DNA from: Tubulanus polymorphus
Taxonomy: Eukaryota > Animalia > Nemertea
NCBI RefSeq assembly: GCF_964204645.1
Contig: NC_134031.1
Span: forward strand, 3,596,001 to 3,660,000
Direction: 5' to 3'
Length of the DNA stretch: 64,000 bases
The position numbers and the translations under genes are program-made. Positions 39,601 through 51,335 of the stretch are shown here, in pieces; the first letter of the stretch is position 1; each line of letters opens with the position of its first letter. Below the pieces are notes generated by a model. The model had not been told where the DNA came from and ran no database searches. It saw only the letters and a program-made list of their open reading frames with translations.

Positions 39601-41207
39601 TTCTGAACCCGGATCTAGGGAACTAGGATCTAGGGAACTAATTTGAAAGTTGGTTTCCCAAGGATGTGCGAGCAACCGTCCCAGTTCACTTGAGTTTATT
39701 TAAAAACTACGATCACCTTAAACTCATCCACAAATTTGGAATAACTAGCTCTTTAAGCAGAAAGTTAAGTTAACTTTCCTATCTTACACCGGGCAAGGGG
39801 GTAGCATCTGACTCGAGAGTCATTATGTAAAATTCTGATGATAATGACTCTAGATGAAGTCATGTTAAATTTTGAATACTAGGTGCAGTATATGACTCTC
39901 GATAGAGTCATTGATGACTTCATTTCGATCGGTATCGTCGCGACTATATCGCTCTCTCTTATATTTGCAGTATCAGTGCCTCAGAAAATCAAGAAGAAAC
40001 GTTCGATTTTAAAACGGCGTCAGTGGCGTCGACAAGGCGGTCGACTCGCGTTGAATATGATTCAACAGAAACAGCAGAGTTTAAACGTCAGTCCCGAGAA
40101 GTCGCTGCCGTCTTCATCACCTCCATCACAGTTTTCTATGCCGCCGCATTCTTTGGTTAGTATTTCGTAAAATGTCGGATCTCGTTGATGAAAACATCTG
40201 TGAATAGGCGACAATCCATTCCGTTTAAAAGCCGCGCTCGCACTACAGCATGGTGGCCACTGACCTGAAAAACCTGGAAAACTCAGGGAATCAGAAAAAT
40301 ATAGAAAAAATCAGGGAAAACTGAGGAAATTTGAAAAATTTGTGTTGCAAAAAACCTAGAAATCTCCAGGGAATTTGGATAAGCTGTTGTCCAGGCGTTT
40401 TCTATATCGATACGCGATTCATTAACAATGTATAAATTGTAACAATTCAAACCGAGAAATTCCTCTGATTTACTCCGGCAATTGTACATTCCAATTTATA
40501 GAACGTTTTCTAAATTTTCAGCCTAACGAAGAGACAACGGACAGCAGTTCTCAGAGTTGTCAAGATGATACCGCTACCTCTTCACCCGCTACACCGATGC
40601 AACAAGATTTCGAGATGTTGGATTCGGAACCATCGAAACCACCGGCTAAATGGAGCGTACGTATATCGGTCGTATTTTTCACGAGCGACCAGAGTGACTT
40701 GTTAAAGTTGTCACAAAAGATTTTAATCTAAAATTAACTAGTTCAGCCATTTCAATATAGATGTTACTACTTAACTGATGATGACTTTATCCAAGTTAGA
40801 TGGGACTACCCGCATAATCCATATCAGTTTCATCTTATCCCGACATTTTTACTATCCACCAACGTGAATGAATGATTATATAGAATAAGCGCTGTTAATC
40901 CTGATTTCTCATGAATCTCATTAATATCATCAGTTACGAAATAATCCAGATTAAGGCTGTTACATGATTTCTGGACTTATCATTGTTTTGCATTTATGTT
41001 ACGTTACAGACCGAGGACGTCTACGAGTTCATCAAGTCGTTACCGGGCTGCGCGAATCACGCGCAGGAGTTCCGTGCGCAGGAGATAGACGGCCAGGCGT
41101 TGCTGCTACTGAAAGAGGATCACCTGATGTCGGCGATGAACATGAAACTCGGGCCGGCTCTGAAAATCTGCGCGCGTATTAATTCGCTCAGAGACGAAGT
41201 GTGTTGA
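30612..41207 (+). CDS. PHC: Polyhomeotic-like protein (PRC1 subunit, PHC1/2/3 family), ~964-1004 aa, 13 coding exons
   Basis: Phase-consistent exons: 30612-30749, 31412-31519, 31870-32215, 32495-32610 (or -32661), 34564 (or 34633)-34873, 34955-35022, 35469-35621, 35890-36822, 37222-37327, 37826-37993, 39971-40155, 40522-40656, 41010-41207. Q/S/T-rich N-terminus; HD1 KAIVKPHVLTHIIDGYVIQEANEPFPV; FCS finger CEFCGK...KRFCSLACTKRYNVGC; SAM WSTEDVYEFIKSLPGC...EIDGQALLLLKEDHLMSAMNMKLGPALKI. Confidence 0.95.
32828..33010 (+). mobile_element. SINE fragment in PHC intron 4
   Basis: GTGGGTTCAAG followed by GTGTCCCGGGGCAAGACACTTATC..CACTGCCTCTCTACCCAGG, resembling the conserved GTGTCCTTGGGCAAGACACTT core of widespread metazoan SINEs. 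Confidence 0.5.
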
Positions 41208-44022
41208 GGAGAAGAGCGACTTTTTAATTGATGTCCGCGAAGTCATTGCAGAGGCATCTCTGTTTCTGTGTCAGTCGTATTTTAATCCAAAAACGTAGTA
41301 CAGTTTTTAAAAACTAGGGTACGCGAAGTTCGTAGATGGTTGAAATCCATTGCGTTTTGAATTATCTAAGCTTCGATGTATTGTCTTCGAAATGGATGGT
41401 AGTGAAGCCATGTTCGTATCCGATAGGTGCGGCTCTGAGAAATCATAGATGGTTAGAATCAGTTGTGTAACACGAGAGTCAAAATGGATTGCGTAAAGCC
41501 ATGTTCGTATGCAATAGCCGTGGCTCCGAGCCATCATTTCAAGACATCAAACGCGATCGTGAGTTAGTCTCGGTTTTGTCCGTTTCACTTTACGCGTGCG
41601 CATCCAATATGAGCTACTCTGAGAATATGAATCTATCAATATGAACCGGTATCAACGATTTCTCCAGTTAAAACTTAGCGATTGGCTGTGGATACTTCGT
41701 TATTGGTTATCGTAGGGTATTGCTGTTTTTCGCTTCTCGTCGCGCTCCGGTTCGTCCTGGACGCGGATTATTGTAGGATTCATTCAGTTCCATAGAATAC
41801 GTACTACGGTGAATAGATGCACAATTATCGTCGATGTAGCCTTTTTTTAAAGGAATCTTTTTAGAAAAATGGGGAAAAAACTTGATTAAAAAATTTAACA
41901 TTATCGTCCTTTTATGCGACTATTGTGGTTGTTTCTGATAATATTTATTATTCTGTACACTGTTTTAAATGGCTATCTTTCAACCACCACCACTCCTGTT
42001 ACAATACACACGTTTTAAGCATTTGGGTCCACAGTTTCTCAATAATTGGTGAAAGTAAACCATTGCATGAATACACTACAGTAGCAATGCAATTTTGATT
42101 GTTACTGTTACTATGTCAGTGACCCAGTAGTTAACTTAAACTAACTTTTTGAACAACTGACCCCAGTCCTTGTTCCATATAGCTTAACTTAAACTGAATT
42201 TTCCCCCTTTTATCACGTGTTAGAATACTATAAACAGGTATATGTGGGACACAAGACTGGCTGAACTGAAGCCCTGTGCCTGCATAAATCATACCATGGT
42301 TCATGAATGATTATCAAATTTCGTTATTATCGTTATTTCTAACGATGTCATTAATACAAAATAGTGCCGCCGAACCGAGGTCTAATAATCAATAAGCATT
42401 TCTTCAAGACTTGTATTGCTATGTAGTGTCTTGATTATCGGCTGAAAGTGGGGTAAATTTGCCCTGTGATGTGCCTGCCTTGTGGACACTATTGAGCTCT
42501 CATCATTAGTCAACTAATGCATTTCATTTCATTGTATTACATCATTATTACATCATTGTTACATTATTTTCAAGGCCAGTAATGTATATTATATGTACAT
42601 ACATAAACAGTATAAAAGATTTGGCTTTATTACATCTATGGGCATTGATAGTATAAAGCGGTAGACATCGCGAGTAGGAAGCTCGGGTCGGATCTTAATT
42701 TGTCGGACTCGAAAGATGGGAAGTTTACTTTATATTTCATGTATGGGTCAAAATCATATTCGAGTTGAACAATCCTCCATAAGTTGCACGGTATGTTATA
42801 CATCAGATCGAAGTTGTAAAAAAATATCAACAAACATCTGAGTTAAACGGTCATCGCCGAGTGAAACTGTTACTTCGGAGTTATCTCGGTTATCTCGGAT
42901 ATGGTCCGATCCGATTAGAGCACGGTCTACAATTTGAAAATCAACCGATTGGGTTCCGTGAACCCGTCATTTTTGTAAATACCGATGAACGTTTGGTGCG
43001 AGTATTTGTCCGTACGTGTCACGTGCAGCAGACGACGGATTCAAACTGCGTTTGCTTAATTCACATTTGTTTCGAGTGCATATAACTTTACATGTCTTTT
43101 TATACCGTGATTAATAAATGATAGTGAATATGTTTAGTCGATAAAATATACAAACTATAATCGGAAATTAGAATAGAGGATGATGATATTTTTTTTTTTT
43201 CAAATAGAAATACTAAAAATGCGTAGTATGATGAATGTATTGTTTTCAGTGTGGAATGAATGTACGGTTTTTTGCTGAAATTGTCATCGTAGTTTTTTCT
43301 TGAAAAAGCATCGGTCTAAATTGAACTGGTAGAAAATTTGTCAAAAATTTTACGATAATACGCATGTAAAAGGGTAGCTATAGGCAGTTTTGTAAGCAGT
43401 ATACAGCATTTAATGAGGATAATTAAGTGAAATAAGTTTTCCTTTGTCTAAGGCAGAAAACATTTTGAACAGAAGAAATGTTTTCGTATTTTGAATCTGC
43501 TGGTGCCATGAATGAACTAACGTATTTAGATTTGTCATTGATTTGTTTAAGGAAGTCAAGTAGTTTAAGGTACCCCGGATCAGAGCTGCCAGCTATTCCC
43601 AATTTTACAAATTTTTTCGCCGTTTTGCATCGAGAAAATACCGATTTGATTTGTTCGATGTGTTAGAAATATAAAAGATGCTACACCTTGATTACTGATT
43701 ACATGTCCGGCTTGTTATGGAAAGTAGTTTCCCGGGGATTAGCCACGCTCTCTGGAAATAGTGTAAATATTATATCTACGTAATTATTATCAATAATATT
43801 GTCGTAACTTATCGTAGGCCTAATTTCATAGATTTGCCAGTTATCGTTTTGGAACCGTTTTAACGCCATCATGGTGGTCGCGGTTATTGTGAACCTACAT
43901 TAGCCTGTGCTACAAAAAAGTGTTGGTGACCAGGCATGGCTTCAGTCCCCAACTCTGTGAATCTCAATTTGCAAAGCAGTTTCAAAATCTTGTTTATTTA
44001 TTTATTCCATTGTGGATAAAAC

Positions 44023-44204
44023 TGGTGGAACCTTGTTATAACGACCTTGGATATGAAGATTCAAAGGTTATTGACATAACAACAATGTATAGGTTTCATT
44101 ACAAACCTAGGATTTTAGTAATTTCATTCTGGATATAATGAACCATGGGTTATAATCGAACAGATTTTCTGGTCCCTGAAGTTCGTTGTAACGAGGTTCC
44201 ACTA
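44023..44204. mobile_element. pogo/Tigger-like (Tc1-mariner) MITE
   Basis: Imperfect TIRs GTGGAACCTTGTTATAACGA...TCGTTGTAACGAGGTTCCAC. Confidence 0.65.
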
Positions 44205-44388
44205 CTATCCCTAAAACTACAACACCAGTGTAACTGGGGATGGGCAGAATACCGATGAAAGATAAATTTTCAATGGCATAGACAAGGGCAGAGATTATCA
44301 TGAATATTAACATCCTATTATTCCACTATTTACAGATTAAAAGAATTTAAAAACCAGAATTTATTTATTAAATCTAAAATATTTAAAA

Positions 44389-44431
44389 GACACGACGTTT
44401 CGATCTCACCCTAGAGATCATCGTCAGGTGT
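44389..44431 (-). ncRNA. Minimal type I hammerhead ribozyme (Penelope-type), mirror copy
   Basis: ACAC-CUGACGA-U-GAUCU(cuagggug)AGAUC-GAAA-CG-UC^-GUGU on the minus strand. Confidence 0.75.
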
Positions 44432-44475
44432 GACACCTGACGATGATCTTTAGGGTGAGATCGAAACGTCTTGTC
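44432..44475 (+). ncRNA. Minimal type I hammerhead ribozyme (Penelope-type)
   Basis: GACAC-CUGACGA-U-GAUCU(uuagggug)AGAUC-GAAA-CG-UC^-UUGUC. Predicted cleavage after 44470; one mismatch in stem I. Confidence 0.75.
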
Positions 44476-46067
44476 TTTTAAATATTTTAGATTTAATAAA
44501 TAAATTCTGGTTTTTAAATTCTTTTAATCTGTAAATAGTGGGATTTTATCTTATTATCCGTTCACCACGTTTGAGTGTGGTCAGCGTTCTATCCTATTAT
44601 TGATTGCAAATATGTTTTCTACATAGATAGAATACAAGAATATGAATGGAAAATAAACAATAGATTAAAAAGAGTGAATGCCATCCGTGCATTATTGGTG
44701 TTTCTATTCTATACGACTGTGCTATAGTAGTACATGTGAAATGTGGTCTAATATGTTGTATAATTGAAGCGCTGCCGCCTGCGTTTTGATGACAGTGTTA
44801 TGTACCGTATGTAAAATGTTGTGGGCTTTTTAAATATTTTATTTCTCGATTAAAATTGTGTCAGTAAAATAAGTAATACAGATTTTTTCATTTCAATCGT
44901 TTGTTAATGAAAGTGTTTATTGCTGATGCGAGGTGTTTGCGAAATTCAGGGTAACCCTATGTGTATCAAGTGATGCAATGGCCAGGTGCTTCAATTCTCT
45001 GACGAGATGAGAATGGATCAGGGCTCGTTGTGACGTTTCCAGTCAAGAACACTCCATTTATCATTGACAGGTTGTCCTGGGGTAATCGCTGCTAGAATTG
45101 GGAATGACATGCCCAAATCCAACATACTATTGTTTACCTTGACATAACCAGGGAAGTGTCTCATTACACTTCCCTGACATAGCTATTTTTATCAAATCCT
45201 AACCCATGCATATGAATGCATGCCGTTTCAACATATATTGCACTTGGTCCGAAGATAGAGATACCGCCACAGTTAACATGTCGACTCATTGATGCCGATT
45301 CAATTTAAGTCTCTCGAGTAACTCTCACGTATCTCCCGTCACAGAAAACAATTCTTTTACGTTCAGTTATTTGATCCTATATCTGCAGTCCTTCCTTAAC
45401 CTTTCATTATTTTGCACATTTTCACAAATACTGATCAAACATTATCCGCAAACTAGTTTTGTTTAAAATTTTTATTTAAAAATCTATTTACAAATGAAAT
45501 GTTATCATTATCGGCAAAATTTTAGCGGAAACGGACCATGATTATAATCTCAACGATCGGCATTGTTAAGATTTTTGCTTTAACGTCTCATGAAATGCAA
45601 GATGAAAGTAACTGTGAATCCAGGAACCTGAAATGGAAGAAAATAATAGATTTTGCATTACTTGCAACTGATAATCATAGATCAAATATTTCTCTACAAC
45701 TGAATATGGGTTTTATATCTATAGGCCTTTTTATGAACACTCGATTAGTATATTCGAGTATGCAAAACGTTTTTATGAGCATGGATTATGTCATAATCCG
45801 TCATTTTTATGAACATTGGTTATCATAATCGATTAGCATACTCGGCATACTCGCTCGGCGAGCAAGTATGCCGATTATCTAATCCAACCGATATGGGGTT
45901 CTCGGTAGAAGTCGCTGCTGAGTAGGCCATAATTGAATAATTTCTACCTGGCGTTTTTATCAACCAACATACCCGGTTATGCTAATTGACACTAATCGGC
46001 TATATAATCTAAATTCCTATATAATCTATTCCGATTTTGCTGGTTCATAAAAAGGCCTTATATTTGA

Positions 46068-46335
46068 CCCTTTCAGTGCGTCTACACTGCAGTGCGCCAT
46101 ATAAATTGGAATGAACATTGTAGTACACCGCAACGTGGTGCATCGACGTAATTGATGATAAGTTTTTATCCCTATTGAAAGATGGTAGCACCTGTAAAAC
46201 ACTGTTTTAGTAACTAACAATACACCGCACTGCGGTAGACACCTAGTAGCAGTATGCCAGTTACTCAATTTTTCAAGTTAATGACATGAATTGTCTCCAG
46301 CACTTAAGGGTAATAATAAGTCAACATTGAAAGGG
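46068..46335. mobile_element. piggyBac MITE family A just downstream of the BCAS2 stop codon
   Basis: CCCTTTCAGTGC...ACATTGAAAGGG|TTAA with family-A internal sequence. Confidence 0.8.
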
Positions 46336-46391
46336 TTAAACGAATCTCCTGATAATCGTTAAGATTTTTAATCCACTCACATTTTGCCGTT

Positions 46392-48608
46392 TCACCGTAA
46401 TCTGTTACGTTGTTCGAGGTCGTAAACCTCTTTCTCCAGTTCGGCGATCGCGCGTTCAATTTCGTAGTTTTTACTCACCAAACCGACCCAACTGTAAAAT
46501 ATGCCGACAATACGAAATCAGAAATTTCTAACTTCACAGCGATACTCGTTTCATTTTAGGGACGAAGCTTACCTTTCTTCGAGAGCCTTTAATTTAGTAC
46601 CGGCTTGAGTCTGTTCGCTTTTCCGCAGTCGGTTTATATCTTGGATGCTTTTTCGAATGTCCTGCAGTCGTTTCTGCGCCAGTTCTAACATGTGAAACAA
46701 CGTATTATTGTACATCTTCCACGCGTTCGTTCCGTATTCCGACATCAATTCGAGATTCGCGATCCTTTAAAATGTAACGGTATTCGAAATTATCCTTTCA
46801 AACGACTGAATCACAAATCTAAAACATTGTGTTACACGCTATACTCAATGTTGTCTACCCATTTTAGGCAGAGCCAACTCAATTATGGTATACCGGTAAT
46901 TATGTAATCTTTTAAACTTTTTCTCAATGGAGAAATTAAATTTTGAAAAGCCAGACTTAAAATCTATGGCGTGAAAATGCTGTCAATCGAGTGATCAAAA
47001 ATATGCATTTTCGGTATGATGTTTTGAAACGACCACAGCCCTGAATTTCGTGACCCTTAACACAAAAATTCCATGACAAAATTTACCGGTATAGGGAATT
47101 TCAACTAAGATCAGAAAACATGAAAATATCATTCAATTCACCAAAAAATGCCACGACTTTAGCGCTGAAGTGCTGAAATTCCCTAACTTTCAAAGACTTA
47201 AACACCTTGATGTGCCCAAAGACCGTCCAAATCTATAATTACCGCAATGCTTGATGTTCGAGCTGAGCCTGTGAGTTCTCGACGCACTCCGTCCACGCGG
47301 TGATATCCGTCATTTTACCGGGCAACGGCTGCGGCAATTCGTAACGCTTCATACTCAACATATCCATCGGTAAACGGGCGTTCACACGTTCAAATTCATT
47401 CCTCATTATATCGGTCTACAATACATCAGCAAATAATCGATATTTCTTCAAACATGGTATGAATATCAAAGCATTCTTACAATTGGCTTTTGACATATTT
47501 TTCAAAACAAAATACCAGGGTGTGGGTTTCATAAACTGGTATTAACTATAACCTGGGCGCTAACTTAAATTCACTTTCAATTCAATTTGCGCCTGGGTTA
47601 AAGTTAATACAGTCTTTAAAGTTAAGCCTATTAACTATTACTGATCACAATCTAGACAGATTGAAATATATTCAATTCCTAAATTTCAATACGCATCTTG
47701 TGCATAGCATTTTCTCGAGTTTTTCAGACCTTACCCCATTCTACAAGCTTTGTTCAAGCCTACATTTATTTTTTCACATCAATCTGACCTAGATATTGGT
47801 TAACTCGGGTTAAGCGTGCCTCGCGTTGGCATGAGCTCTGGCAGGAAGGAACCGAGCCCTGGCAAGCGAGGATAGGCTTAGGGTTACGCAGAACAGATCA
47901 TTCTTATTTCACTGCTAGTATTACGAACCTCAAAAGCGACATGATTATCAGGCGGTAGATACTCGAGGTAATTTTTAGTCGGTCGATACCTCCTTGTTTC
48001 CTCTTCAACTAACGCCAATGCCTGTAAAACACAATAGAAATGACGAGGTTAAAGTAGAGGCTACTGCGCGGTCTGTGAGGTAGAGAGGGAGAAAATTCAA
48101 CACAAGGCCAGGAGTGAGTGACTGACCGCAGACAATTTAGGCAACTCCTGGTTATCTAATCGGCTACATATCTAACCTTTTACTACAATCATTAATAGTT
48201 ATCAAATCATTGGCATGGGCTTAAACCAATTTATTCGGATTGTGATTTATGAAAATATCTGAAGTCGGTGATGAAACAAAACCGAAATAATAGAAATAGG
48301 CCTAATCTAGACAGGTTTCTGACAAATAACCCAGCACCACATAGTATAAAAGGGTGACTTAAACCACAGTTCCTCACACATTTCGGAACATGTTACACCA
48401 TCACTGCTATTATAGACCTTGCTGTTGGGGAACTGATGGTATAATTATGATGGAGATCAATAAAATGTATTTATTTGGTGTTGATTCACGATTAGGATTT
48501 TATCTTAAAAAAAAGAAAAGTAAAGATTTTTACCGCTTCTTTAATGCCCGCTTCATCGTAACCTTTATCAAAATAAGGCAGGGCGTCAACTGTTACTTCC
48601 CCGGCCAT
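46392..48608 (-). CDS. BCAS2: Pre-mRNA-splicing factor SPF27 (BCAS2), 210 aa, 5 exons
   Basis: Exons 48608-48534, 48021-47929, 47415-47243, 46764-46573 and 46491-46392, phase-consistent. [75 protein letters not shown]. Confidence 0.96.
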
Positions 48609-48751
48609 CGGACAATTCTTTCGGAGCGAGAAATTTGATGAAAAAACGATCTTAAATCTTATTTATTTTCTTCGCCGAAAATGGCGCATGTCACAAGAAA
48701 AGTTGGGCCTTTAAATCTTAAATCAAATTTTATTGTTAAATCATTGTCTCA

Positions 48752-48915
48752 TGTTAGGAACCCGGTTCAAGATGCTGTCCCGTGGGAGGAACCGGTTCAA
48801 CTTACTGTCCCGTGATGGAACCCGATTTTTAATAATGTCCCGTGAGAGGACCCGATTTTTAATACCGTCCCGTGAGCGGACCCGACTCAACACACTGTCC
48901 CGTAAGAGGACCTGG
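48752..48915. repeat. 30-bp tandem repeat (~5-6 units) upstream of BCAS2
   Basis: TGTCCCGTG(A/G)GAGGA(A/C)CCG recurs every 30 bp. Confidence 0.9.
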
Positions 48916-50381
48916 CCGGATTCAATTTAATGTGAAAGATGTACTGAACGGACGTATCAATTGATTACTGATTAAGTTCAACATTTTCTTTCATACATCG
49001 ATGATATGTTCCTGAATAATACAACTTGTGGCTTGGCTTTACTTATATTTTTACATGATCTTGAATAGTAAATCAAATGGTAAATTGAGGAATTTGATAT
49101 GAAATATACAAAATATGATCATAATAGAGTGACTTACTGCTTATTGACTTTAGTTAATTGATTGCAATTTTCAAATTGAATGATTGAAATACCCTCGAAA
49201 TGGTCCAATGATCCAAGCCTGTTATGAAAACACAGAACCCTGATTGATCTTATCTATCAAAGTGCTACAAATTCTTCACAATGCAGTTCACACCTGGCTA
49301 TAACTGAGAGGCATCTCATAATGCTTTTATTAATTTTAGACGCTCCCTTCCCGCCTGAAAGCCCTCCTGGCTCATCATTGCAGACATCCCCTCTGCCGTA
49401 TCAACAGGGATCGAACTTAAGTCCAGTGATGAAGGTCGTCACTAGATCACCAACAAGTCAAACTGTCAGAAGTCTGAATGTGGAGACATAGTACATCGAA
49501 CACTGTGTTACTTGCTACTAAAAAATTAGTTTTGAGTTATTAGTTAACTCTGAGATAAGATTGGTTCATTTTTCAATGATTTAAGTCAAATCTGAACTCA
49601 CAACTGTGGAACCGGGTCGTGCTATTTTCCATTATGGATATTGATTAACACTCAAGCGTATATTTTTACCAACTGTTCATTGATAACAGTGGGTAATACA
49701 GAATGTTTTCTAAGTTTTTCACCTGTCGTTTGTAAGCATTTTAAGGCAATATGTACACGATAAATGTGATAGATAAACTTTCCCTTACTACTTGTTTTTA
49801 AGGTAGGCCTACATGGCCCGGTGTAGGCCTACATCAGAAATATTGTATGCATTATGATATTAAATCCAACACTAAGAAGAAGTAAGGCTAATATTTTCTT
49901 ATAATAATAGTTATAATGATAATTCATTTTATTTCTTAGTCAGGGATTTGATATCATGTTATCACAACACCGACAGTGATAAATGATTGTATGGTTAAAA
50001 GTAGATGAATCCATATCAAATATGTCCAATCATTGCTGTAACCACTATTCATTGATAAAATCATTGTTTATTTGTTTAAGATTTGAATTTTTCGCTGTGG
50101 TTATACCCAGTTAGTAAATCCAATGAATCTGCTGTGTTTAAAAGTCATACGATATGAGCCGTTGAGGAAAATTTCCAGCAAAATTAGAAGATTCAGTGGT
50201 AAACTAGATTATACATCCATGTTCAGAGTGAGCAGTCAAGTTAGACTTCAGTCAAGTTAGACTTGATTCGAAACTTGATTGCATGAATGATTTCAGACAG
50301 TCAATATGCACTCCCAGACAGTCAATACACTCTCAGGCAGTCAGTACGGTGACTCGGGTAGTCGACATTTGATCCTCATGA

Positions 50382-51335
50382 ATGATGAATTCTACTCGAA
50401 TGCAGATTGGTCGAACTTATAACAGTTACATCGTTCTCATGTCTGTTGTGAACCAGTCTGGAATCCACCGCACTGTGTCACTGGTCATTCTGCCTATCGT
50501 GTTCCTGTTTGGAGCGTTTGGAAATTCAGCTACTTTCCTGGTAATGATAAGCCGCAGATTCCGCAGTTTATCTTACGCTAACTATCTTATCACTTTGAGT
50601 CTCAGTGATTTCACGGTGTGCATCAATTATACACTGATGCCTATTTTACAGTTAGTTCTCATTTGCGTTAAATATGGCCCTATATTCATGATGAATTCAC
50701 TGATCAGTTGTCAAATATACGAATATGTAATGGGGCTTGCAGTCTGTAATAGTTCGTGGTTAATAGTAGCGATATCTCTAGAACGCGCGGCAGTTGTTCT
50801 CTTCCCGTTCACATCTCGTTTGCTTTGTACACCGAAATTCGCTAGATGTATTATATCGATAATCACTGCAGTGAATCTGCTGGTTTTATATCTCACACCT
50901 GGTTTGTCGATACATTTTCCCGACAAATATTTTGGATGTTACCACGAACTATTTCACCAAATAACATATTTTGCCATAACTGCCGTCCACTTTAACATTA
51001 TACCGTTTTCTCTTATCATTGCGTCAAATTCTGTTATAATAGTTCAGTTATTCAGAGGTTCAAAAATGGTTTCGTCTGATCAGAAAACTACAAGATCAAA
51101 ACGTACAACAATAATGCTAGTAACAGTTTCACTCGCATTTGCAATATTCATACTTCCAACCACTATTACTACATATTTGCCAATATCATTGGAGCAGAGA
51201 AGTTTTATATATGATATTTTCATTCAGTTTCAAATGCTTAACTATGTCATGAATTTTTACATATATCTTTTGTTGGGACGAGAAATTCGTGAATATTTCT
51301 GTATGAAAATCCGTTGTAGAAATTCAATGAAATAA
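50382..51335 (+). CDS. Intronless rhodopsin-family (class A) GPCR, peptide-receptor-like/Srw-like clade, 317 aa
   Basis: Seven hydrophobic segments; TM1 FGN, TM2 LSLSD, TM3 C...SSWLIVAISLERA, ECL2 Cys, TM5 Pro, TM6 FAIFILP, TM7 NYVMNFYIY; N-terminal NxS/T sites. Confidence 0.9.
   Translation: MMNSTRMQIGRTYNSYIVLMSVVNQSGIHRTVSLVILPIVFLFGAFGNSATFLVMISRRFRSLSYANYLITLSLSDFTVCINYTLMPILQLVLICVKYGPIFMMNSLISCQIYEYVMGLAVCNSSWLIVAISLERAAVVLFPFTSRLLCTPKFARCIISIITAVNLLVLYLTPGLSIHFPDKYFGCYHELFHQITYFAITAVHFNIIPFSLIIASNSVIIVQLFRGSKMVSSDQKTTRSKRTTIMLVTVSLAFAIFILPTTITTYLPISLEQRSFIYDIFIQFQMLNYVMNFYIYLLLGREIREYFCMKIRCRNSMK

Larger units (their letters stand above)
44323..44590. mobile_element. Penelope-like element remnant: inverted pLTR palindrome plus tail
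   Basis: Near-perfect 219-bp palindrome 44323-44541, centred on 44432; 49-bp tail; 11-bp TSD ATCCTATTATT (44312-44322 and 44591-44601); a hammerhead core on each arm. Confidence 0.85.
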
